From Mobula hypostoma (lineage: Eukaryota): 64,000 nt of DNA. The translations under genes were made by a program, and so were the position numbers. The stretch is from the NCBI RefSeq assembly GCF_963921235.1, contig NC_086098.1, forward strand, positions 2,480,001-2,544,000, written 5' to 3'. Positions 12,580 to 25,681 of this stretch are shown in pieces. Numbering within the stretch: the stretch's first letter is position 1; every line of letters begins with the position of its first letter. The notes beneath the pieces were generated by a model. That model ran no database searches. It had not been told where the DNA came from and was given only the letters and a program-made list of their open reading frames with translations.

Positions 12580-14755
12580 GATTTTTAATGTTATCAGAGT
12601 ACATGCATGCGACCACATACAACCCTAAGAGTCTTGGTTTTTTTTTGTTGTGGGCATACGAATGAATTTATAGAACAGTAACTGTAAACAGGATCAATGA
12701 ACAACAAACTGTACTAATGCAAATATAAGTAAATAGCAATAAATAATTAGTATGAAATAATAAGATAAAGAGTCCTTAAAGTGAGACCATCAGTTGTGGG
12801 AACACCAGAAATGGAATGAGTGTAGTTGTCCCCTTTTGTTGAAGAACCTGATGGTTGAGGGGTAGTAACTGTTCTTGATCCTGCTAAGTGCGAGTACTGA
12901 AGCACTTGTACCTTCTACCTGATGGCAGCAGCGAGAAAAGAGCTTGGTCTGGGTGGTGAGGATCTTTGACGATGCATGCTGCTTTTCTGCATCAACGCTT
13001 CACTTAGATGTGCCCAACGGTTGGGAAGGTTTTACCCATGATGCACTGGCCTGAACCCATTAACTTTTGTAGGATTTTCCACTCAAAGGCACAGCAGGCC
13101 ATAATGCAGCTTGTCTGTACGCTTTCCACCGCACATACAGAGAAGTTTGCCAAGGGTTTGGATGTCCTGCTGAATCTCTGTAGACTCCTGAAGAAGTAGA
13201 GATACTGTTGTGCTCTCTTTGCAACTATATTTATATGATGGGTCCAGGGCAGGTCCTCTGAGATAGTGACACCCAGGAATTTAAAGTTACTGACCATCTC
13301 CACCTCTGATCCTCCGATGATTACTGGCTCATGGACCTCTGGTTTCCCTCTTTAGAAGTCTACAAACATTTCCTTGGTCTTATTGACATTGAGTGAGAGG
13401 TTGTTGTTATTACATCACTCAGTCAAATTTTCAATCTCCCTCCTGTGTGCTGATTCATCACCCCCTTTGATACAGCCCCAACAGTGGTGTCATCAGCAAA
13501 CTTGTATACGGTGTTGGAGCTGTATTTAGCCGCACAGACATAGTGTGTAAAACAAGTAGAGCAGGGAGCTAAGAACACATCCCCGTGGTTCTCCTGTGCT
13601 GATGGAGATTGTGGAGGAAATGTTTTCGCCGTTTCGAACTGACTGAGTCTACAACCAGGAATCAATTACACAAGGGGGTATTGAGGCCCAAGTCTTGGAA
13701 AATTATTAATTAATTTTGAGGGGATGATGGTATTAATGGCTGAGCTGTAATCAAATAAGAGCATTCTGATATGTGCAACTTTGCTATCCAGATGTTCCAG
13801 GGGTGTGTGAAGAGCCAATGAGATGGCATTTGCTGTGGACCTGCTGCCTAGGTAGGCAAATTGGAGTGGATCAATGTCGCCATTCAGGCAGGAGCTGATA
13901 TGTTTCATCACCAGCCACTCAACACTCTTCAGTGCTACGGATGCAGGTGCCACTGGGAACTAGTCAGTGAGGCAGGTTACACTGTCCTCTCGGGCACTGG
14001 CCTGCTTGAAGCAGGTGGGTACGACACACTGACGAAGTGAGAGGTTGAAGATATCTGTGAACACACCAGCCAGCTGGTCAGTACAAGTCTTCAGTACTCA
14101 GTCAGGTATTCCGTCTGGACCAGATGCTTTCCTTGGATTCACTCTCTTGCAGGCAACCTGAATGTCATCTTCAGATACTGAGACCAAAGGATCATTGGAA
14201 GACATGGGAGTGTGTGATGGATCCTCCCAGCTCTGGTGGTCAAAGTGAGCATATAAGGCATTGAGCTCATCTGGAAACAAAGCTCCACTGTTCTCTATGT
14301 TACAAGATTTAGCTTTGTAGGAGTTTATGGCATTCAGACCCTGCCACAGCTGTCGAGAATACCTCATTGATTTCAATCTAGTCCGAAATCTCCACTTCGC
14401 CCGAGAGATCAAACCTACACCTCGTAGCATTCTTAATCTCCAGAATTGAATGCCTCTGATCTGGACTCAGCAAATTCCAGATTTTATGGTTCATCTGGGG
14501 CTTCTGATCCCTGAACAATTTCATGGGACACATTCATCCACAGTTGTCTTATTAAAGTCTGTTATGACCCTGATGTAATCATTCAGGCCCTTGGTTGAGT
14601 GCCTTAGCAAAGCCCAATCCACTGACTCAAGGCTATCCTGTCACTGTTCCTCTGCCTCCTGCAAACACTTCTTAATTGTCTTGATCTTTGGAGCCTCGCT
14701 CTTTAGGCTCAGTCTGTACACTTTTAGTAGGGGTACAGTCAAATGATCCGACTAA
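12580..14755 (-). mobile_element. Degraded Rex1/Babar-type LINE inserted in an old Penelope fragment
   Basis: RT motifs DPLQFAY, FDYSSAINTI and YKFADD; FKFLGVTISEDL...QYLYFFRSL. Flanks 12440-12580 and 14756-14860 are contiguous Penelope terminal sequence. Confidence 0.85.
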
Positions 14756-17258
14756 CTTACTCTAGCTTCTTTCCCCTTGCTTTTGTCCTGAAACTGCGAC
14801 ACTTTATCACTCTCCATAGATGCTGCCTGACCTGCACCATTTTGTGCATGTTGCTCCAGAAAACAGTCTGGCTCACTGACTTCTTGTACTATGGAGAGTT
14901 GTCCCTTTTTGTAACATTATGATCGGGAGCCAAACTAAAACAGGAATACCCCATCAGTGAGTTTACAGCGAAGTTGCTTATCAGACTTTCTGTGTAGTTT
15001 TTCTTTGATTCTATTGTATTTCTTTGTTCTAAGGTGAATGCCTGCAAGAAATATACGTACTTTGATAATAAATTTACTTTGAACTATGAACTACAGAGAT
15101 GAAAATCCAGTTCACTGGAATATTTTAGGATTTTTTTGAATGTTGGTGAGGTTATATTCTGAGAGCAATGCAGAATGTTTGTATTGGCCAATAAGTAGAA
15201 CGTTGTCATATTAAATTTGAGGTTTTAATATATTCACAAGACACTGAAGCAGCAATGAAGGAGTGGAAGACTGATACTTATTAATTCTTTACTCTCCTGA
15301 AATTAAAGAGAGGGTAAAAAAGAGGGGAAGGATCACATAAAATGTCAAACCGAATCAGGTGGGCAGCATCTTGTTTAAAATGTAGTGGCACTTTGGGCGA
15401 ACAGGGCTAGTGACTATTATTTTTAACTCAGCTGTCAATAATAGGAAACGATATGTTTCAGTATGATTTTTTTTCTGTGCTTGTGGTGCTTGTAGGCAGA
15501 TGAGTGTTTCTCACCGTGGCGTCTATCATTTCTTGCCAGTCTTGTCTATTAACGAGCACTATCATCCCATCTGAGGATGACAGCTGCAACACTTACTCTG
15601 GCGCAATAAACAACTAAATGAGGCACACAGCAATTTTGCTTGTCACCAGGGCCCTCGGCACGAATGGCTGCACAGCTTGATGCATAAATTCATGAGGCTG
15701 TTGCATACGATGGAGCATGCCCAGCTGAGAGAAGTGATGGATAACTGAGTGGCTAAAATTGGCCATCACCTTGACTCTGTCAGGACTTTTAAAAAAAGAC
15801 TAAGGGATGCTGGTAGTGGTAGGGGGCAGAATGGGGGAATCTTTCCTTGATTATGTTTATAGCACACTCTCATATCGCTGATTTTATTGTTCTTCATCAG
15901 TTTTACTCTTCAGAAACAGAATCTGCAAAACCTTTAATCATTTCCCATTTTCTCTTTAAACCATAAGATATGATTGTTCCAACATTTCATGTAAAACAAT
16001 TAGAATAAAGACGTTTCATTTTAATATGTTTTATAACAAACACCAGGTTGTTCATTGTTGAGTGAAATGCATTTGCTGGCACATTGTTTATATATTTATT
16101 TAGAGATATATTACAGAACAGGACCCACCACCCAACAACCCACCTATTGACCCCTAGCCTAACCATAGGGCAAACTACCATTGACCGATTAACCCACTAG
16201 CCGGTATGTCTTTGGAGTGTGGGAGGAAACTGGAGCACCCGGAGGAAACCCACGTGTTCATGAGGAGAACGTACAAACTCCTTACAGACAGTGGCAGAAC
16301 TGTAGTCCGAACTCTGAGCGGTCATAGCATCACGCTAACCGGTACTGGGTTCATTGGAGGCTTTTTGAATATTTAAGTATCCATTGACCACATAATTTTG
16401 TCAATTTTAATTTCACTCTGTGGTTAATAGTACAGAAGATAATGTACATAAATATCAGGAATCACCTTTGCAATATAATATACTCAAGATCCAAACAAGT
16501 GAGATAAATAATTCAAACATACCTGACACATAAGACAGTACTAATTTTACTTATACTGTTACTAATTTTAACACTCTTTATGTTCTCATTTCTTCTAATG
16601 TTGCTTTAACTTAAGGAATATACTTTACAGAGAGAATGAATAATTTTTCATCATTTCTCAGTTATTGCATTTATTTTCCTCCAGATTCTCTTTTAAAAAG
16701 CAAAAGATCACAAGATTTGGAGCAGAGTTAGGCCATTCTGCCCATCAAGTTCGCTCCACCATTCGGTCATGGCTGATTTATTATCCCTCAATCCGATTCT
16801 CCTGCCTGATAATGAATAAACATTTGTATTCATTGAATACAAACAAAGATATATTTGTAGTTCAAAAATACAAATATGCAAATATATTTCAAAACTATGT
16901 ACTTTCATTCATAGATAATGCTTTTTAATATTTTATTAAGTCCTAGAGTGTTACAGCATAAAAACAGGCCCTTCTGTCTATCTAGTCCATGCTGGACTGT
17001 TATTCTGCTTTGTTTCAGAAACCCACACAAAATCCATAGCCCTCCATACAGCTCACATGGTGTACTTATCCAAACTTCTCTTAAATATTGCCATCAATTT
17101 GCAAGATTCTTTATTACATAGAATTCTAAAATTTTATTTTATGTAGAATATTTTGTTAATCGTTTGTATGGCAAAAATAAATTGACCATTATAGATACCT
17201 TCAAATCTGAGGTACAAAGATTCACTAATGAAATTGAACAAAAGAAATCAGGATCGTT

Positions 17259-18420
17259 GACACCCTCCCTCCCCTTTCTTGATCTCTCTGTCTCCATCTC
17301 TGCAGACAAACTGTCAATTGACATCTTTTATAACTCTACCAATTCCCATGGTTATTTTGACTATATCTCTTTCCACCACCGATGCTGCCATCAACCGCAT
17401 CTCCTTCATTTCCCGCACACCTGCGCTCTCTCCATCTTCCCACTGCCTTAATAGTGAAAGCGTTCCTCTAGTCCTTACCTACCACTCCATCAGGTTCCAC
17501 ATCCTACACACCATCCTCCACAACTTTTTCCAGCTTCAAAGAAATCCCACCAAAAAACATATCTTTACTTCCCCACCTCTCCTCTTCCCGCAGTGATCAC
17601 TCCCTCTACTATTGCCTTGCCTATTCATCACTCCTGATCACCCTCACAGCATTTATCCCTGCAAGTGAACTAGGTACCCATCCACTTCCTCCCTCACCTC
17701 CATTCAGGGCCCCAGACAGTCCTTCCAGGTGAGGCAACATTTCACCTGTGAATCTTCTAGATTGTCTATGGTATCCAGTACTCCCAATGCAGCCTGCTCT
17801 ACACTGGTGAGACCCTTCATAAATTAGGGAACCACTTCATTCAGCACCTTTTCTCCAACCACCAAAAGCGGAACTTTCCAGTGGTCAAACATTTTAATTC
17901 TGATCCTTATGATGTATGGTCTGGTCCATGGGCTGCTTTTGAGCCAAGATGAGGCCGCCCTCAGGGTGGAGGAGCAACACCTTACATTCCATTTGGGTAG
18001 CCTCCAAGCTGATGACATGGATACTGATTTCTATTTCCAGTAAACAAATTCCCCCCTTCCTCTAATTCCCACTCTGACGTTTTACCGCTCGTCACCTGCC
18101 TATTTCTTCCTGCTGGTTCCTCTCCTCCTTCCCGTCCTCCTATGGTCCACTCTCCCCTCCTATCAGATTTCTTCCTCTCCAACCCTTTACCTTCCCTCAC
18201 CTGGCTTCACCTATCACCTTCCAGATAGCCTCTTTTCCCTCCTCTCCATTTCTTTTATTCTGGCACCTTCCCTCTTCCTTCTCAGTCCTGAAGAAGGATC
18301 TCAGCCTGAAACATTGACTGCCCATTCATTTCCATGGATGCTGCCTGATTTGCCAAGTTCCTCCAGCATTTTGTGTGTGTTGCTTTGGATTTCCAGTGTC
18401 TGCGGACTTCCTCGTGTTTA
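17259..18420 (+). mobile_element. Old degraded Penelope-like element
   Basis: SLPFLDLSVSI (RT C-terminal), VPLVLTYH, GIY-YIG remnants and a terminal repeat with a hammerhead motif. Confidence 0.85.
18284..18319 (+). ncRNA. Hammerhead ribozyme motif (diverged)
   Basis: AGTC-CTGAAGA-AGGatctcagCCT-GAAA-C-ATT-GACT. Confidence 0.6.
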
Positions 18421-18979
18421 AGAAACTGGGTCGTAGTTTCAGCGGTGGCACAATTACATCAATATAAGAACCACTGCAGGTGATACAGTGTATCAATAAG
18501 AAAGTTGGTGATCTTATCTCAAGATTCAGGATTTTAAATTGTTTATGGTCATTCTTCAGTACAGGAGAGAAAAGGAGAACAAAATGATTGCCATTGCAGA
18601 TCAGACGCAGCAAGAAAAGTGAACTAATCATTGATCTGCGAGTTGTGGATATCCCAGGGTTTACTTCCCAACAATATATTTTATTTATAATATATATGAT
18701 GATATATTCAGCACATGCTGTTGTCTTCATTCACTGTGTCACTCTTCAGTATAAAAGAGTAAAAGAAAACAAAATGATTGTACAAATGGGTTAAATCAGT
18801 AAGGTTTGAGATGTGACTGCCCTGATGGGAAATGCAAGTTTCGATTCTGTTGAGAACATAATACCTGTGCATCAAAGATGGAGCAGGTCTGATGATCCCT
18901 CGTGAGGGATTAGCTGTTCAATTAGGCCATATCTGATGTTCAGTCTCACTTCCACTTTCCTGAATAGAAGCTTGCAGCA

Positions 18980-19775
18980 GGATATGGACCAGATGGAAAA
19001 AAATAGGCTGAAAAATGAGATGCAATTTAGTGCAGACAAGTGTGAGGACCAACCAGGGTAGGTCACAGAGGAGTGTGGTACAACAGAGGGATCTGGGAAT
19101 CCTGAAACATAATTTCTTGAAAGTAGCATCACAGATTGTTAGGGTCAGAAAGGAACCTTTTGGCACATTGGCCTTTGTAAATTAATGCATTGAGTACAGG
19201 ATTTGGGATGTTAGGCTGAAGTTGTATAAGATGCTGGTGGGGCCTAATTTGGAGTATTAGGTGCAGTTTTGGCCATTTGCCTACAGGAAGGGCATCAATC
19301 AGATTGCAGGAGTTTGAAGAAAATTTACAAGGATATTGCCTGGAATTGAGGACCTCAGTTATATGGAAAGATTGAATTGGTTAGGACTTTATTCATTGGA
19401 ATGTAATAGATTGAGAGGAGATTTGATAGAAGTATACAAAATTATGAGGTGTATAGATAGGGTAAAGCAAGTAGGCTTTTTACACTGCAGTTGAATGAGA
19501 CTAGACTGAACTAGAAGTCATGGGTCAAGCTTGAAAGGTGAAAGATTGAAGGGGAACATAAGGAAGCACTTCTTCACTCAGAAGGAGGTGAAAGTGTGGA
19601 ACAGTGGAAGTGGTGAGATGCAGATTTGATTTCAGCATTTAAGAGAAATTTGGATAGGTACCTGGATGGGAGGCCTCTGGTCCAGGTGCAGGTCAATGGG
19701 ACGAGGCGGTATAATATTCAGCAAGGGCTAGATAGGCTGAAGGGATGTTTCTGTGCTGCAGTGTTTCATGGACTC
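18980..19775 (+). mobile_element. Old CR1 3' half
   Basis: Degenerate LVGPNLEY...GLYSLEC...LRGDLIEVYK coding remnants. Confidence 0.8.
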
Positions 19776-20435
19776 AATGATGCTTATAATCTCATCCCTT
19801 TAGCCCTTCAAAAAAGTATCAATCTCAACGTTGAATATATTTAAATATGGCATAATGGGGTTGTTATTGACCCAACATGCAAGACCGTGGAATACTGCAA
19901 ACCAAGTGTGTCACCTCCGTCACACTGAATTCCTGCCCTCAGAATCCTTTGCTTATGGAGAAGCAGACAGCAAACATTCCCAGTTTAGATGGGCACATGG
20001 ATGAGAGGGGTACGAAGGACAATGGTCCAGGTGAACTTTAATGCATCTAGGCAGAACAGCAGTCTGGCACAGATTAGATAGCCGAAGGGCTGGTTTCCTT
20101 GCTGTGGTACTCTACGTCTCTAAGACGATTCTGGATGATGACAAAAGTAAATCCCAAACCAGACCTGATCTTGGCCTGAGGGCTTGCATCTTTCTCCATA
20201 ACCAACCCAATGATCACTTTGTGTAACGATCTCAGATATGTTATTTCTGTGCTGACCAAAAACACAGGATTCCTGCAGATCATCTTGATCCAGATAATAA
20301 CACAGAAAATAGAACATAAGACAATACAGCACAGAAACAGGCCCTTTGGCCCATCGATGTTGTGCTAAACTAGTAATCAAAAAGAAAGCAACTTTTACAT
20401 CTTCTTCTATTAAATATGATTCTACTACTAGGCTG

Positions 20436-20663
20436 CACACACAAAATGCCAGAGGAACTCAGCAAATCAAGCAGTATCTATGGGGAGGAGTAAACAGTTG
20501 TTTCAGACCGAGACCCTTGTTCAGGACTGAACAATGGTCTCCGCCTGAAACATCGACTATTTATTCCTCTCCTTAGATGCTGCCTGACCTGACCTGCTGA
20601 TCTCCTCTGGCATTTTGTGTGTGCTGTTGTTGATATCCAGCAGCTGAATACTTTCTAGTGTTT
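20436..20663. mobile_element. Old fold-back (inverted) Penelope terminal mini-element
   Basis: Imperfect ~90-bp inverted arms (CACACACAAAATGCCAGAGGA...TCCTCTGGCATTTTGTGTGTG); imperfect 15-bp TSD at 20421-20435 and 20668-20682. Confidence 0.75.
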
Positions 20664-21234
20664 ACGATCTAATAGTAGGCTGTTACAACAGTGGAACCAG
20701 TGATCTACATTTTGATGGTGTGCCTTCGGGCTGATTTGAGTGCTTTACTGGCTCCGAGAGAGTTTGATGAGATTTAGAGCGGAGTGCGTGGCCTGGAGAT
20801 GGCGCGTGAGCCCATGATCAACTCCATTGTTTCTCTCCGATTGAGGATTTGAGCAAGGATGAAGTCAATGAGGACTAGAATGGTGTGTCTGGGTGTTTGG
20901 CACCGTATGCCTGCATTTGACCGATCTTCCTCTCCCTCTCACTGGCTGCTGTCAGAGGAGTCTTGGGATCCACGCTAGAAGGATTGAGATTATGGAATTG
21001 TCTTGTGGGGCTTTGGGGTTCATGTTGCATTCTGGTTACCCCATTTAAAACATATTTTTGAGCGGCTTGATCGGAGGGATAGCTGTGGTCTGGGGCGCGT
21101 CAGTGAAGAATGCATTTCCCTGTAGCCTTCTGTGGGTTATCGACACGATGCTGTTCTGAACTAAACTGAATACTACTGCTTTGATGTTTGTTATTGTATG
21201 CGTTATCTGCTCAGAAAGATGCGGGGGGGGGGGG

Positions 21235-21615
21235 GGATCTCATTGAAACCGACCGAATGTTGAAAGGACCAGATAGGGTGGATGTAGAGATAATGTTTCC
21301 TGGATGGGAGTATCTAGAACTAGAGGGCACAGCCTCAAAATTAGAACAGAGGTGAGGAGGAATTTTTTTTAGCCAGAGAGTACTGAATTTGTGGAATGCT
21401 CTGCCACAGACTGGGGTGGAGGCCAAGTCAGTGACTATATTTAAGGCAGAAGTTGATAGTTTCCTGATCGGTCAGGGCATCAAAGGATACGGTGAGAAGG
21501 CAGGTGTATGGGTTTGAGTGGGATCTGGGATCAGCCATGATGGAATGGAAGAGCAGACACGATGGGCTGAATGGCCTAATTCTGCTCCTGTGTCTGATGG
21601 TTTTATGGTCTTATG
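21235..21615 (+). mobile_element. CR1 3' fragment
   Basis: GDLIET...FFSQRVLNLWNALP remnants; TTATGG tail; poly-G at the 5' junction. Confidence 0.85.
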
Positions 21616-21755
21616 CTTTTTGCCATTTGTGCAACGTGTTCTTTTTTCTCACCCATGGGTATGTAATGTTTCTCTGAACGGGTTCCATGGTGCTTCTTTG
21701 TTTTATGGCTGCCTGTGAGAAGATGAGTCTCTGTGTTGTATTTTGTACAAGTATT

Positions 21756-22072
21756 AATAATAGTAATAATAGGCATCCGTTAGTCTCATGAGACTATGGA
21801 TTTGCGCCTTGGAAGGTTTCCAGGGCACAGGCCTCGGCAAGGTTGTATGGCAGACCGGCAGTTGCCCATGCTGCAAGTCTCCCCTCTCCACGCCACCGAT
21901 GTTGTCCCTTAAGGGCACTAGGGCCGATACAGCTTGGCACCGGTGTCGTCACAGAGCAATGTGTGGTTAAGTGCCTTGCTCAAGGACACACACGCTGCCT
22001 CAGCCAAGGTTCGAACTCGCGACCTTCAGATTACTAGACGAACGCCTTAACCACTTGGCCATGCACCAACAC
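21756..22072 (-). mobile_element. tRNA-derived CORE-like SINE
   Basis: Minus strand: A box TGGCCAAGTGG, B box GAGTTCGAACC, CORE-like GTGTCCTTGAGCAAGGCACTTAACC, (ATT)n tail; imperfect 14-bp TSD TTTGTACAAGTATT / TTTGTACGTGTATT. Confidence 0.85.
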
Positions 22073-23244
22073 TTTGTACGTGTATTTTGATAATAAATGT
22101 ACTTTGAATCTTTGAACTGAACTAATCCTTTCTGCCTACACAATGTCCACATTCTTCCATTTTCCTCACATCAGAATCAGAATCAGGATTATTATCACCG
22201 GCATGTGACTTGAAATTTATTAACTTAGCAGCAGCAGTTCAATGCAATACATTGATTAAATCAATTACAGTATACGTATATTGAATAGATTAAAAATATG
22301 CAAAAAATAAATACTGCATATTAAAAAAAAGTGAGGTAGTGTCCATGAATTCAATGCATATTTAGGAATCAGATGGCAGAGGGGAAGAAGTTGTTCCTGA
22401 GTTGCTAAGAGTGCCTTCAGGTTTCTGTACCTACCTGCTGATCATGTCTCTATCTAACTGTTCCTTAAAAATCTCTCATGTTTCTGCAACAACCCCCCCA
22501 CCCCAGGCAGCGCATTCCAGGTTCCCACCATTCTCTGTGAAAAGCAAGCTTGCCCCTCACAGTTCCTTTGAAATTACCTACAAGATACAGAATCTGCCCA
22601 AAATGACCCCTACCCTAACTATATATCAGACAGTACAATGAGCCCAACCCAAACCCAATGTTTAGAGTCGTAGAGTTCACAACACACTTATTTATTAGTT
22701 TGGAGATACAACATGAGGCAGTCACGACCGGCCCAACGAGCTCCACCACCCAGCAATCTCCCATTTTACCTTAGCCTAATCATAGGACAGTTTACAATAA
22801 CCAATTAATCTGCAAATCCATAAGACATAGGAGTAGAATTAGGTTATTTGACCTATCGAGTCTACACAGCAATTTAATCATGGCCAATCCTCTTTTTTGG
22901 GTAATTGGCAAAGGGAAATCCAGGGCTTGGCACAGTTGGACTTGTCATGGGGAGAACGTACAAATTTCTTGCAGACAGTGGTGAAATTTAACTATGAATT
23001 CCAGAACACTCCGAGCTATAATAGCATGCGCTAACTGCTGTGTTATTGTGGTGTCTCTATAATCATTCAGCATGGGCTAGATGAGCGGAAGCCCTGTTTC
23101 TGTGCTGTAGTAAGCCACGACTCCAGGACACAACATGCTGCCAGCCTTATCCCACCTCTGCCCCTGACACTTCTGCCTCACAAGCCCAACTGTGTCAGCC
23201 CTGGACTTCACTGCCAATGTACCAGCAATCCAAGCCATTCAAGT

Positions 23245-23830
23245 AAATTTTATTATCAAAGTACATATATGTCAACATATACAACCCTGAGATTCATTTT
23301 CCTGTGGGCATGCTCAACAAATCTATAGAATAGTAACTATAACAGGATCAGTGAAAGATCAATCAGAATGCAGAAGACAACAAATTGTGCAAATGCAAAT
23401 ATAAATAAATAGCACTAAGTAAAGAGAATATGAAATAATGTGCCCTTAAAGTGAGATCATCGATTGCAGGTTCATCTCTATGGATGGCAAGTGAATGTAG
23501 TTATGGCCTTTTGTTCAAGAGCCTGATGTTTGGGGAGCAGTAACTGTTCATGAACTTGGTGTTGTGAGCCCTGAGGTTCTTCTCCCTTCTACATGATGGC
23601 AGAAGCAAGAAAAAAGCATGACCTGGGTGGTGAGGATCTTTGACGATGGGTGCTGCTTTCCTACATCAGTATAGATGTGCTCAGCGATTGGGAGAGCTTT
23701 ACCTGTGATATACTGGGCCAAATCCACGACCTTTTGTAGGATTTCCCACTCAAAGACATTGGTGTTTCCATACCAGGTTGTGATGCAGCCAGTCAATATA
23801 TTTTCCAGTACACAATAAATAATAAAAATT
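23245..23830 (-). mobile_element. Rex1/Babar 3' fragment
   Basis: ILTGCITTWYGNT...ILQKVVDLAQYITG and a 3' UTR similar to 12580-13000. Confidence 0.8.
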
Positions 23831-24811
23831 TGTCAAATTTTCTGGTTCATTCATCTCCGTACCCCAGCAGCTTTGGTTGCATAGACAAAAGAATAGAAGA
23901 GAAAGCAGATCCTTTAGCAAACTCACCTATACCAGCCAAGTTGCTGAACTACCTGTAGTATAACCAGCTTACTGCTAGTCCCATTTGCCTGTGTTTGGTT
24001 CCAAGCCCTCAAGTCCTTTCCACATATCTGTCATACAGCCTTACAGCATGGAAATGGCCACGGATCTACTAGTTCAAATCAACCAAGGTTCCCATCTAAG
24101 GTAGTCCTAGTCCTACTTGCCTGTTTGGACCATGCCACGTCTTTCTAAGTTTTTCCAATCTATGTCAGAGGTAAGCTTTTCACACAGAAAATAGAGGGTA
24201 CATGGAATGCACTGCCAGCAAACGTGGTAGAGGCGATACAATAGGGTCTTTTTAGAGACTCTTGGATTCGTACATGGAGCTTAGAAATATAGAGGGCTAT
24301 GCAACCGGGACATTCTGGGCAGTCTCCAGAGTAGGTTACATGGTTGGCACAACATTGTGGGCCAAAGGGCCTGTAATGTGCTGTAGATTTCTATGTTTCT
24401 TTGTACCTATCAATGTGCTTCCTAAGATGGCAAGGTGGAGACACATTTCTCTCAAAGGAGGTGTAAAGCACTCCTTCCCTCCGCTAGTGTCTTGTAAAGT
24501 CACTCCCCAGAAGAAAGCAATGGCAAACCACTTCAGTAGAAAAATATGCTAAGAGCAATCATGGTTGTCATGGAAAGACCATGATCGCCTATGTCCTATG
24601 ACATGGCACATAACGAACAAATGAACAAACATATGCTTTCTATATGATACTATACCACATCTTCCTCTGGCAGCTCATTCTGTATACTAACCAGTCTCTA
24701 GTTGGAAAAGATGCCCCTCAAGTTCAGAATCAGAATCAGAATCAGAATCCTTTATTATTGCCAAGTATGTGGACACATACAGGGAATTTGATGCCGGTTT
24801 CCCTGAGCTCT

Positions 24812-25681
24812 CCCTGACAACGACACCTGCAAGAAGTGCATCCAGCTACAGCTCCTAACAAACCGCGTTAGGGAACTGGAGCAGGAGCTGGATGACCTGC
24901 GGATCATTCGGGAGAATGAGGAGATTATAGGTCGTGGCTACAGGGAGGTAGTTACGCCAAAGGAGCAGAGGACAGGAAATTGGGTCACTGTCAGGTGAGG
25001 GAAGAGGAAAGGGCAGGCAGAGCAGGGTTCCTCTGTGGCCATTCAGCTCAACAACAAGTATACCGCATTGGATACTGTTAGGGGGGGATGACTTACCTGG
25101 GACTAGCTGCAGTAGCCAGATCTCTGGCACTGAGTCTGGCTCTGCAGTACAGAAGGGAGGGGAGAAAGAGGAGAGCGGTAGTGATAGGGGACTCGATAGT
25201 TAGAGGGGCAGATAGAAGGTTCTGTGGTCGTGACAGAGAATCCATTATGGCTTGTTGCCTCCCGGGTTCCAGGGTCAAGGATGTCTCTGATCGCTTGCAT
25301 GACATTCTGAAGTGGGAGGGTGACCAGCCAGATGTCGTGGTGCACATCGGAACCAATAACATAGCAAGGAAGAGTGAAGAGGACCTGGACAGTGAGTATA
25401 GAGAGCTTGGTAGGAAGTTGAAAAGCAGGACCTCAAGGATAGTAATCTCAGGATTGCTACCTGTGCTAGGTGCCAGTGAGGGTAGGAATAGGATGCTCTG
25501 GAGGAGGAACAAGTGGTTGAGGAACTGGTGTAGGGGGCAGGGTTTCAGATTTCAGGATCATTGGGACCTCTTCTGGGGCAGGTGGGACCTGTACAAGAGA
25601 GACAGGTTACACTTGAACCACAGGGGGACCAATATCCTTTCAGGGAGGTTTGTTAGTGCTATTGGGGAGGCTTTAAACTAG
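24812..25681 (+). pseudogene. CR1 ORF1: CxxC/coiled coil plus SGNH esterase-like domain, disrupted
   Basis: TCKKCIQLQLL...RVRELEQELDDL; GDSIVRG, HIGTNN and DRLHLN blocks; in-frame TGA near 24996 and frameshifts near 25081-25150. Confidence 0.9.
25672..25678 (+). promoter_or_regulatory. Candidate -1 ribosomal frameshift slippery site T_TTA_AAC
   Basis: In-frame X_XXY_YYZ heptamer immediately before the ORF1 stop; the -1 frame is ORF2; the same motif occurs at 50610-50616. Confidence 0.6.

Noticed and set aside
21995..22072. tRNA gene
   Set aside because: The A and B boxes belong to a SINE head followed by a CORE-like body, tail and TSD; no complete cloverleaf.
25088..25681. Stand-alone SGNH/GDSL hydrolase gene
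   Set aside because: It is the known esterase domain of CR1 ORF1, directly upstream of ORF2.
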